This document shows positions 17,488 to 25,526 of a DNA stretch of 64,000 bases, one piece after another. The notes beneath the pieces are model-generated. The model saw only the letters and a list, made by a program, of their open reading frames with translations. It was not told where the DNA came from and made no database searches. A program made the position numbers and the translations under genes. The stretch is from an archaeon GW2011_AR5 (GTDB taxonomy: Archaea > Aenigmatarchaeota > Aenigmatarchaeia > GW2011-AR5): assembly GCA_000806115.1 (NCBI GenBank), contig JWKQ01000002.1, forward strand, positions 52,497 through 116,496, given 5' to 3'. How positions within the stretch are numbered: the stretch's first letter is position 1; every line of letters starts with the position of its first letter.

Positions 17488-17907
17488 ATGACGCTAAAGC
17501 GTCGTTCGGTATCGGGAAAGAAGGGATTGGTAATGGTTTGGAAAGGCGTGATTATCGAGGAGAGCCTTGAGGACGCCTCGCTGCTGGACAGCGTATCGTT
17601 GGTTGGCTATGCCGAAAGCTTTCTTGAAGAAGAGGAAGGGAAGGGCGTGATGCGTTTTCACCACTTCGAGCTTACGGACGAAAAGAAAGAATGGTTCGTC
17701 CGCGAAGCGGAGCGCTGCCTTAAGCACGGCTGGTATATTCACATAGGAAAAGACGACATACTGGTTGTCATATTCAAAGAAAGGTCTTTCAAATTTTCCT
17801 CTTCGGAAAAAGAGAAGCTGGAAGAAGCCAGGAAATACGGCATTTCTGTCGGTGTCATCAGAGAACAGATGCCGTTCGAAGAGCTGTTAAAAGATCCTTT
17901 CTACTAG
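17488..17907 (+). CDS. Hypothetical protein; the true start may be at the downstream Met near 17533
   Basis: 139 aa ORF. The first codons overlap a hairpin (gacgctaaagcgtc). Confidence 0.35.
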   Translation: MTLKRRSVSGKKGLVMVWKGVIIEESLEDASLLDSVSLVGYAESFLEEEEGKGVMRFHHFELTDEKKEWFVREAERCLKHGWYIHIGKDDILVVIFKERSFKFSSSEKEKLEEARKYGISVGVIREQMPFEELLKDPFY

Positions 17908-18557
17908 ATCTTCTTGCTTTCCGACAGGAAGTTTATCATCTGCTTTATCAGGAAGTCCACTCCTCCTTTTTTCGGCGAGCCGTGTCCCGGCAGGAGATAT
18001 TCTATCTGGAGTTGTGAAAGCATTTTCAGGGAATTTACCAGCTGGTCCCTGTCGCCGCCGGGAAGGTCCGTCCTTCCCACTGCGTTCTCGAAAAGCGTGT
18101 CGCCCGATATGAGTATCTTTTTGCTCTTTTCGTAAAGGCATATCGATCCGGGAGTATGACCCGGCGTCGGCAGCACTTCGAACATGAAATTTGTCGTCTT
18201 GATGAGAGCGCCCGTCCTTAGAGTCTTGTTGACAGTCATTATCCTGGCTTTCTGCCCGAACAGTTCTGCAACGCTGCCGTTGCCTGTTTCAATGGACTTC
18301 TTGTCGGCGGAATGTGCGGCTATGGAAAGCTTGAGCCAGTCCTGGAATTTCTTGTTCCCGCCGATGTGGTCAAAGTGGCAGTGCGTGTTAACCAGAAGCC
18401 TGATATTGCCGGCATTGCACAGCTTTTCAATCTCCTTCTTCATGTCGCCGAAGTAATTTCCGGTTCCTGAATCAATAATAAGTTCGCCGTCAACGAGGTA
18501 AACGTTGCAGTCGGGGTCTATGCCCCCGAGGAGCTCTATTCCCTTGTAGATTTGCAT
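17904..18557 (-). CDS. MBL-fold metallo-hydrolase (glyoxalase II-like)
   Basis: 217 aa with HCHFDHIGG. Confidence 0.7.
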   Translation of the reverse strand: MQIYKGIELLGGIDPDCNVYLVDGELIIDSGTGNYFGDMKKEIEKLCNAGNIRLLVNTHCHFDHIGGNKKFQDWLKLSIAAHSADKKSIETGNGSVAELFGQKARIMTVNKTLRTGALIKTTNFMFEVLPTPGHTPGSICLYEKSKKILISGDTLFENAVGRTDLPGGDRDQLVNSLKMLSQLQIEYLLPGHGSPKKGGVDFLIKQMINFLSESKKI

Positions 18558-18605
18558 AAGAGAAATATGTCCGAAGATTTTAAGAATGAAATGTAATGCG
18601 CCAAA

Positions 18606-19343
18606 TTACGGACTGTAATTTTTGCCGCCTATAATTCTAGCGCCGGGCGTGAGGTCGTTAACTACATAAGTCGCTTTGCTGAAATCGTGATGACGTGTGA
18701 ACCTGGACGGCACGGCGACAGACTGCATGCGCGCTCCGTGAAGCGATTCGATGCCGTGGTACGCATCCTCGAATCCTACGCACCTGTAAGGTTCTGCCCC
18801 GATGCGCCCCGCGGCAATCAAGTACGGGTCCGGATTCGGCTTTCCGCGCCCTTCAGGCACCATCTCTCCGGTCACGACGCAGTCAAAATATCTCAGCATG
18901 TCAAGGCCTTTTTCACCGGCTATTATTTCAACGTCTTCCGATCTTGCCGACGTGACAAGGGGGATTTTTTTGCCTATTGACGCAAGATATGAAATAAAGC
19001 CTCTGACGCCGGGCCTTTCAACGCGTCCCGCTTCGCCCCTGAAAAGTTCCCTGAAATTCCTCCTGTACTGTTCAATTAGGCGCAGGACATCGTGCTGCCC
19101 GTGCCCGTTTCTCTGCGCAATTATCACGGGAAGCGTCTCGGTGAGCTTGTGACCGACGCATTCTCTGCTCCAATAATTCGCCGAAACCCGATGCATCCCG
19201 GCATCATTCAGGACCCGGTTGAGAGCCCTGAGATGCAGACTCTCGTCGTCAAGGAGAAGCCCGTTCATGTCAAATGGAACCGCGTCGGATTCGTCAATTA
19301 AACTTTGCAGTCTCGCGTCATGAAAATATTTTTCTTTATTCAT
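18606..19343 (-). CDS. HAD-superfamily hydrolase (subfamily IA-like)
   Basis: 245 aa. Motif I FDMNGLLLD is a DxN variant of DxD, and a GKPNPDPY motif is present. Confidence 0.6.
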   Translation of the reverse strand: MNKEKYFHDARLQSLIDESDAVPFDMNGLLLDDESLHLRALNRVLNDAGMHRVSANYWSRECVGHKLTETLPVIIAQRNGHGQHDVLRLIEQYRRNFRELFRGEAGRVERPGVRGFISYLASIGKKIPLVTSARSEDVEIIAGEKGLDMLRYFDCVVTGEMVPEGRGKPNPDPYLIAAGRIGAEPYRCVGFEDAYHGIESLHGARMQSVAVPSRFTRHHDFSKATYVVNDLTPGARIIGGKNYSP

Positions 19344-20207
19344 CTAATCAACTCCGTGAATCGCAAGCGCTACGGCTCCCATAAGCGCAGAATCGTACCC
19401 TAGAGAGGCGATCTCTATACTCGGGAACGGCACTATCTTGAGGTTTCTCTTTGCCGCATCCGTTGCAGGTCCGAGCAGTTTCCGGCCCAGCCCGTAAGCG
19501 ACGCCGCCGCCGACAAATATTCCGTCGGGCGAATGAAGTGCTATTATATTTCTCAGCCCTTCCCCGAAGTTCGTGGCAATCTCGTTTATCGTTTCTTCGT
19601 CAGTTATATCCTCGGCGCGCCTGCCGTATATGGCGTGTATGGCGTTGCCGGAAATGAAGCTTTCCAGGCATCCTTTCGCGCCGCACTCGCAGAGATGTGA
19701 CGCCGTATCAAAAGTCTTGCTTGCCTTTTTCAGCGTAATGGAAAAGCTCTGGTGAGCCATCTCAGGGTGTCCCATGCCGCGGTAGATTTTCCCGTCGATC
19801 AGTTTTCCGGCGCCCATGCCTGTACTGAGCGTTATGTAGATGAAATTCCTGTATTTGTGCGCCCCGCCGAAAAAATACTCTCCTATGGCAGCCGCGTTCG
19901 TGTCGACATCCACGTAGAAAGGGCAGCCGAATTCTTTTTCAATTATTTCTTTGAGCGGGACGTTTCTCCATTGCGGCATGTGCAGCGGGGATACAACCCC
20001 GCTCCTGTAGTCAAGCGGCCCTCCGCACGCGCATCCTATGGCAGACGGCGACGATGAAACTTCCCTCACCATCCTGGTCAGCATCTCAATGCCGTCGTTC
20101 AGATTAATCGGCGTCTTCTCCATAACACGCCTTGTTATTTTTCCGTCTTTGAAGCACGCAACCATCGTCTTTGTGCCGCCGAGGTCTATGCCCACGAATT
20201 CTTCCAT
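19344..20207 (-). CDS. ROK-family sugar kinase (glucokinase-like)
   Basis: 287 aa. It has an N-terminal GIDLGGTKT and a Zn-binding CACGG, and no N-terminal HTH. Confidence 0.7.
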   Translation of the reverse strand: MEEFVGIDLGGTKTMVACFKDGKITRRVMEKTPINLNDGIEMLTRMVREVSSSPSAIGCACGGPLDYRSGVVSPLHMPQWRNVPLKEIIEKEFGCPFYVDVDTNAAAIGEYFFGGAHKYRNFIYITLSTGMGAGKLIDGKIYRGMGHPEMAHQSFSITLKKASKTFDTASHLCECGAKGCLESFISGNAIHAIYGRRAEDITDEETINEIATNFGEGLRNIIALHSPDGIFVGGGVAYGLGRKLLGPATDAAKRNLKIVPFPSIEIASLGYDSALMGAVALAIHGVD

Positions 20208-20211
20208 GTGA

Positions 20212-21039
20212 TTACCATTTCCATTCTTTCACGGCTTTCTCGTAACCCTTCGCCGTGCCGACGTCGTATGTCACTCCGTCGTGAAGATAGCCTACAAGCT
20301 GCTCTTCTCTGCTGAGCTTGGTGAAAAGTTCTTCAATCATCATCTTCCTTTTCGGAACCATGCTTGTCACGGTCTGGTCGAATATGCAGAGTCCCGCATT
20401 TATCAGCCTCGACGGCGCCTTTGAAAGGTTGGGTTTCTCAACGAACTTGAGTATCTGGTTGCCGCGCATTTTCACGACGCCGAAGCTTGACGGGTCGCCG
20501 ACTGTGGTTAACAGAACTGTCGCAAGCTTCTTCTGGCTCTTGTGAAATTCGTACATTTCCGGTATATTGGGATCCATGAGCGTGTCGACATTCAAGAACA
20601 GGAAGCTCTTGCTAAGGTGGTCTTTCGCGAGTCCTATCGCCCCGGCAGTTCCCATGGGCTTGTTTTCCACGACATAAGTTATGTCAACGCCGAATTTTCT
20701 TCCGTCGCCGAAGTGCTGCCGTATCTTCTCGTTCATGTAATCTACGGCAAGTATTATGTTCGTGACATCGTACCTCTTCAGGAGGTTGATCTGGTGTTCG
20801 AGTATCGGCTTTCCGCGTATCGGTATCAGGGACTTCGGTATCTCGTAAGTCACAGGCCTGAGGTGGGCGCCTTCGCCCCCGGCCATAACCAGCGCAGTGT
20901 CAAGTCCTGTCTTGGAAAGCGATCTTGCTATGAGCGTCTCGATTGCATGGGACCTGTTGCGGATTTCCCTGCCGTCCACAAGGCTGTCCACCCTCCGCAA
21001 TATGTCTTTCTTCACGGTTATTGTAACGCGTTCGATCAT
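20212..21039 (-). CDS. Sugar-1-phosphate nucleotidyltransferase with an N-terminal ribbon-helix-helix (CopG-like) extension
   Basis: 275 aa. Residues 1-45 (VTITVKKDILRRVDSLVDGREIRNRSHAIETLIARSL) look RHH-like. The remainder reads LVMAGGEGAHLRP...GKP, an NTP-transferase signature. Confidence 0.6.
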   Translation of the reverse strand: MIERVTITVKKDILRRVDSLVDGREIRNRSHAIETLIARSLSKTGLDTALVMAGGEGAHLRPVTYEIPKSLIPIRGKPILEHQINLLKRYDVTNIILAVDYMNEKIRQHFGDGRKFGVDITYVVENKPMGTAGAIGLAKDHLSKSFLFLNVDTLMDPNIPEMYEFHKSQKKLATVLLTTVGDPSSFGVVKMRGNQILKFVEKPNLSKAPSRLINAGLCIFDQTVTSMVPKRKMMIEELFTKLSREEQLVGYLHDGVTYDVGTAKGYEKAVKEWKW

Positions 21040-21176
21040 AGGTACTCATCGTCCTTTGAGTTCATAAGTTTTCGGCGATTTTTCATTTTGATTTTTGCAC
21101 CATTCGGCTTTTTAATTAATAGTATGAAGAAGTATGAAAACTTAGGTATTAAAGCACTGTAGTCCTAGTGATTTGC

Positions 21177-22208
21177 ATGATAATAAGAAGCAGGTGTCCC
21201 CTGAGGATATCGTTCGCCGGCGGCGGCACCGACATAGCGCCGTACTGCTACGAGAGAGGCGGCGCAGTTGTGGCCGCCACGATAAACAAGTATTCTTACG
21301 CAAGCCTGGAAACGCGCCAGGACAAGGAAATACACATAGAATCCGTGGACTTTCTCAAGAACCTGCAGTTCAGAAACATAAACGAGATAAATTACGACAA
21401 TGAGCTGGATGTCCTGAAAGCCGTGATTAAACACCTCAATACGTCCGGGCGGGGCGCGAATATATGGATGAGAAGCGATGTGCCGCCGCGTTCGGGACTG
21501 GGCGCGTCTGCGGCGGCTTTTGCGGCGATGATTGGGCTGTTCAATCACATGCGTGCCGAAAAGAGCATGACACAATACGAGATAGCCGAGCTCGCCTACA
21601 AGCTCGAGAGGGAGGAACTCAAGATTGGCGGCGGCTTCCAGGACCAGTACGCCACCGTATTCGGCGGCATAAATTTCATTGAATTTGGAAACGGCTGGGT
21701 CAGGGTAAACCCCCTTCGGATGAGGAAAGACCACGTGCTCGAGCTTGAGAAGCATCTGGTTCTCGTCTACACAAGGGACAGGCCAGTAGGCGGCGACATA
21801 ATTGAGGCGGAGAAGAAGGGTTACAGGGAAAACAAGTCCGTCTCCGACGCGCTGGACAAAACCAAGGAAATCACGCAGGAAGTCCGGTATGCGCTTGCAA
21901 GGGGGGATTTTCTGCGCTTTGGAGATTTGCTTCACGAGGCATGGGAGGCAAAGAAGAAACACTCTTCGCTGGTGGCGGACAAGTACATAAACGACATTTA
22001 TGATCTTGCAATCAAGAACGGCGCGTTGGGTGGAAAGATATCAGGAGCGGGAGCAGGCGGCTTCATGTTCTTCTATTGCGAGCCGAACAAGGAGCACCGT
22101 GTTATCAACGCGCTAAAGGCTGCGGGCATGACGCCGGTCTCGTTCACTTTTGATTTTGAAGGACTCCAGACATGGGAGCCGAACAATATTGTTAAGGGGG
22201 TTTTTTGA
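21177..22208 (+). CDS. hddA: GHMP kinase, probably D-glycero-alpha-D-manno-heptose 7-phosphate kinase
   Basis: It starts at the internal Met MIIRSRCPLRISFAGGGTDIAPY, which is HddA-like. A GHMP motif PPRSGLGASAAAF is present. It is followed by gmhA and gmhB-hddC. Confidence 0.65.
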   Translation: MIIRSRCPLRISFAGGGTDIAPYCYERGGAVVAATINKYSYASLETRQDKEIHIESVDFLKNLQFRNINEINYDNELDVLKAVIKHLNTSGRGANIWMRSDVPPRSGLGASAAAFAAMIGLFNHMRAEKSMTQYEIAELAYKLEREELKIGGGFQDQYATVFGGINFIEFGNGWVRVNPLRMRKDHVLELEKHLVLVYTRDRPVGGDIIEAEKKGYRENKSVSDALDKTKEITQEVRYALARGDFLRFGDLLHEAWEAKKKHSSLVADKYINDIYDLAIKNGALGGKISGAGAGGFMFFYCEPNKEHRVINALKAAGMTPVSFTFDFEGLQTWEPNNIVKGVF

Positions 22209-22816
22209 TGGACAAACAGAACGACGCCACTGGCGTCATGCACTATTTGAAAAAGACGATTGACGACCACAAAGAAATGGTTGAGAAGCTGGACCTGAAT
22301 AAAATAGAAGAAGTCGCGTCTGAGATAACCGGCTGTTACAAAAACGGCGGCAAGCTCATAATCTTCGGAAACGGCGGCTCCGCAGCTGACGCAATGGCTT
22401 TCGCCACGGAATTTGAGGGGCAGCTCTCGTCCAGGGATAAAGGACGCAAGCCGCTTCCGGCAATCACTCCTTACAACACTTCGGCGCTGACTGCAATGAG
22501 CAATGACTACGGGTACGAAACCAGCTTTGTCAGATTCGTCCAGGCTAATGCAAAACGCAGCGACGTCGTCATCGGAATAAGCACCAGCGGAAACTCAAAA
22601 AACGTCCTCTCCGCGATAAAATCTGCAAAAGAGTTGGGTGCAAAGACGGTCGGGATGACTGGCGGGAACGGGGGGGAGCTTGGGAGTATCTGCGATATTC
22701 ATTTCAACGTCCCGACACCAAGCTGTTCCATAGCTCAGGAAGGGCACCTGATAGCCTATCACAGAATATGCGCGCTTGTCATCAGGGATCTTTTCGGTTA
22801 CGATGCTCTCGTGTGA
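22205..22816 (+). CDS. gmhA: SIS-domain phosphoheptose isomerase
   Basis: 203 aa with KLIIFGNGGSAADAMAFATEF and an ISTSGNS SIS motif. Confidence 0.75.
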   Translation: MMDKQNDATGVMHYLKKTIDDHKEMVEKLDLNKIEEVASEITGCYKNGGKLIIFGNGGSAADAMAFATEFEGQLSSRDKGRKPLPAITPYNTSALTAMSNDYGYETSFVRFVQANAKRSDVVIGISTSGNSKNVLSAIKSAKELGAKTVGMTGGNGGELGSICDIHFNVPTPSCSIAQEGHLIAYHRICALVIRDLFGYDALV

Positions 22817-22821
22817 TTTCA

Positions 22822-24096
22822 ATGAAACGTGCTGTCTTTCTGGATAGGGATGGGACTATAACAAATGATGACAATTACTTCTCAAGTTACGACCAAATCA
22901 GGTTTGTAGACGGCCTTGCAGAGTCTATACGAATTCTTAACGGGAACTTTCTTGTCATTTTAATCACGAACCAGCCTGTTGTGGCCCGCGGGCTTTGCAG
23001 CGAGGATGACGTAAAAGCCATGAATGACAGGATAATCGAGGAACTCGACAAGCAGGGCGCGCGAATAGACGGGGCTTATTTCTGCCCGCATCATCCCGAG
23101 CAGCACGACGATGTGCCGGAACACGCGAAGAAATACAGGGTGGAGTGCAGCTGCAGGAAGCCTGGCATCGCAATGATTGAGCAGGCTGCGAAGGATTTTG
23201 GCGTCGACGTCGGGAACAGCTTCTTTATTGGAGACTCGACAAGGGATGTGCAGGCGGCAAAAAATGCAGGCTGCACTTCGATACTTGTCATGACGGGCCT
23301 TGCAGGCAAGGACGGTAAATATGACGCCGTTCCTGATTATAAGTGTACGGATCTGCGCGAGGCCGCGTCACTGGTTAATGATTTTGCGAACTTAAAAGCT
23401 GTGATACTCGCCGGCGGAAAAGGGGAAAGGCTGAGGCCGCTCACGATTGAGACTCCGAAACCCATGCTTAAGATTGCCGGCAAGCCCATTCTGGAACATC
23501 AGATTGAAGCGTTGAAAAGATCGGGGGTGAACAAAATAGTCCTTTGCACGAGCTACCTGTCCGTCAAGATAAAGGATTATTTCGGGGACGGCTCAAGATT
23601 CGGTGTAAAGATAGAATATCCCGAGGAGCCGGAAGGATTAGGAAGCGGAGGGGCAGTCAAAAATTCTGGCGAATTCCTAAAAGATGCAAGCTACTTCATA
23701 ATAATAAACGGAGACTCCATGATAGACGAAAAGTTTGATTTAAGGCCGCTGATTAGGTGTCATATAAGAAAAAATGTGTTTGCCACGCTCTTTGTGAGGG
23801 AGAGCGACCACCCTATGGATAGCGACGTATTAAGGATGGATGAGAACGGAAAGATAACGGAGTTCATAGGACGCGGGCAGGTTGCGGAGAAACTTGCGAA
23901 CACCGGCATGACTGTGTGCTCACAGGAGTTGCTGCAATACATACCTGACGGAAATTGCAACATAGAAAAGGACGTGCTATTTAAGTTAATAGGCAAAAAA
24001 GATTTGTACGGATTCATGATGCCAAAAGAATGGTTCAAGAAAGGCGTGGATACGCCGGAACGCCTTGAATCCGTGAGAATGTATTTTGGTGATTGA
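22822..24096 (+). CDS. Fusion protein: D,D-heptose 1,7-bisphosphate phosphatase (HAD, GmhB-like) + heptose-1-phosphate guanylyl/nucleotidyltransferase (HddC-like)
   Basis: The N-terminus AVFLDRDGTI...GDSTRD is HAD/GmhB-like, and the C-terminal half AVILAGGKGERLRPLT...GKP is an NTP-transferase. The call starts at the internal Met MKRAVFL; the ORF-track start is at 22768. Confidence 0.65.
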   Translation: MKRAVFLDRDGTITNDDNYFSSYDQIRFVDGLAESIRILNGNFLVILITNQPVVARGLCSEDDVKAMNDRIIEELDKQGARIDGAYFCPHHPEQHDDVPEHAKKYRVECSCRKPGIAMIEQAAKDFGVDVGNSFFIGDSTRDVQAAKNAGCTSILVMTGLAGKDGKYDAVPDYKCTDLREAASLVNDFANLKAVILAGGKGERLRPLTIETPKPMLKIAGKPILEHQIEALKRSGVNKIVLCTSYLSVKIKDYFGDGSRFGVKIEYPEEPEGLGSGGAVKNSGEFLKDASYFIIINGDSMIDEKFDLRPLIRCHIRKNVFATLFVRESDHPMDSDVLRMDENGKITEFIGRGQVAEKLANTGMTVCSQELLQYIPDGNCNIEKDVLFKLIGKKDLYGFMMPKEWFKKGVDTPERLESVRMYFGD

Positions 24097-25014
24097 ATGA
24101 ATGTCCTTGTAACCGGCGGAGCCGGATTCATTGGAAGCAACCTAGTTGAACGCCTGGTTAAGGACGGGCATTCGGTGCGCGTGCTTGACGATTTCTCGCT
24201 GGGGAAGCCCGACAATCTGAAGTCTGTGAAGGTTGAGATTGTTAAAGGCGACCTAAGGGATTTTGACACTGTCAGGAACGCGTCGAAAGGCATTGATGTG
24301 ATATTCAACCAGGCTGCGGCCTCTGCATCGCCTATGTTCCGCGACCATCTTCACGAGTCCGTGGCCGCGAATGTTGACGGGTTTGTCAATCTTCTGAATG
24401 CTTGCAGGGTGAATGACGTAAAGAAGCTGGTATATGCGTCAACCTCGTCCGTTTACGGGAACAACAAGCCTCCGCTTCGCGAGGACATGAAGCTTGAGCC
24501 AGTGAACTTCTACGCATCCACCAAGCTGCTTAACGAACATCTGGCGATACTTTTCAGCGCGCAGTACGGTTTGGAAACCGTCGGATTTCGCTACATGAGC
24601 ATCTACGGTCCCCATGAGAAATCAAAGGGAATCTACGCGAACCTTGTTTCTCAGTTTCTCTGGGCCATGCAGAAAGGGGAGCAGCCTGTCATATACGGTG
24701 ATGGGACGCAGAAGCGCGAGTTCACCTACGTCGCCGACGTGGTGGAGGCAAACGTGTTGGCAATGAATAAGAAGAGATTGAGCGGTGAGGTGTTCAACGT
24801 CGGGACAGGAAAATCTGTATCGTTGAACGACGTCGTGGCGCTGCTCAACAAACTCCTGGACACGTCAATAAAGCCGAAGTACGTCAAGAACACAGTAAAG
24901 AACTATATCTTCACGCAGCTGTCTGACATTTCAAAGATAAGAAAAACGCTAGGATATGAGCCGAAATACACGCTGGAGAAGGGCTTGAAGGATATTCTCA
25001 GCAAAGAAGCCTGA
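24097..25014 (+). CDS. NAD-dependent epimerase/dehydratase (GalE/WbpP-like SDR)
   Basis: 305 aa with GGAGFIGS and the YxxxK triad region (YASTK). Confidence 0.7.
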   Translation: MNVLVTGGAGFIGSNLVERLVKDGHSVRVLDDFSLGKPDNLKSVKVEIVKGDLRDFDTVRNASKGIDVIFNQAAASASPMFRDHLHESVAANVDGFVNLLNACRVNDVKKLVYASTSSVYGNNKPPLREDMKLEPVNFYASTKLLNEHLAILFSAQYGLETVGFRYMSIYGPHEKSKGIYANLVSQFLWAMQKGEQPVIYGDGTQKREFTYVADVVEANVLAMNKKRLSGEVFNVGTGKSVSLNDVVALLNKLLDTSIKPKYVKNTVKNYIFTQLSDISKIRKTLGYEPKYTLEKGLKDILSKEA

Positions 25015-25103
25015 ACGTTTTGCAGAAAGAGCAAAGCTCTTGCTGCATGTGAACAGGCGAGAATAAATATCCGAAATCTTTGCCTGTTCAGCTATAAATT
25101 CTT

Positions 25104-25526
25104 TTGATTCTTTTTCTTATGATGAACGGTGATAAACTTGTTCGTACAGCAAGGTCTCATATAGGCAAAATAAGATACGCCAAATGCAAAGGCGCCCCAT
25201 ACAGGCAGGATCCGGAATCCGGCATGACATGCTACAATTTTCTGAGATTCGTGGCAAGTGAGGCGGGAATATTTATTCCTGAGCGCGTCGGAACAACATA
25301 TGTCGGGTGCTGGGAAATGTGGAATTTATTTCAGAAATCTGAACCTGTCAATGGTGTTGCAGTATTTTTTAACGGCAGGAGTAATGGCAAACCGGGACAT
25401 ATTGGAATTTACATTGGCGAAGGAACAGCTGTTCACCTTTCAAAGGAAAGAGGAACGGTAACAGAAGATCCTGTAAATGAAGTTGGGAATGTGATGGGTT
25501 ACAGGAGGATAGTTTGTGAACAATAA
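25104..25526 (+). CDS. NlpC/P60 (C40)-like papain-fold hydrolase; the start is probably at the Met near 25122
   Basis: 140 aa. It has a Cys (MTCYNF) and a His (GHIGIYIG) in the order typical of NlpC/P60. A TATA cagctataaat at 25089-25100 favours a downstream start. Confidence 0.45.
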   Translation: MILFLMMNGDKLVRTARSHIGKIRYAKCKGAPYRQDPESGMTCYNFLRFVASEAGIFIPERVGTTYVGCWEMWNLFQKSEPVNGVAVFFNGRSNGKPGHIGIYIGEGTAVHLSKERGTVTEDPVNEVGNVMGYRRIVCEQ

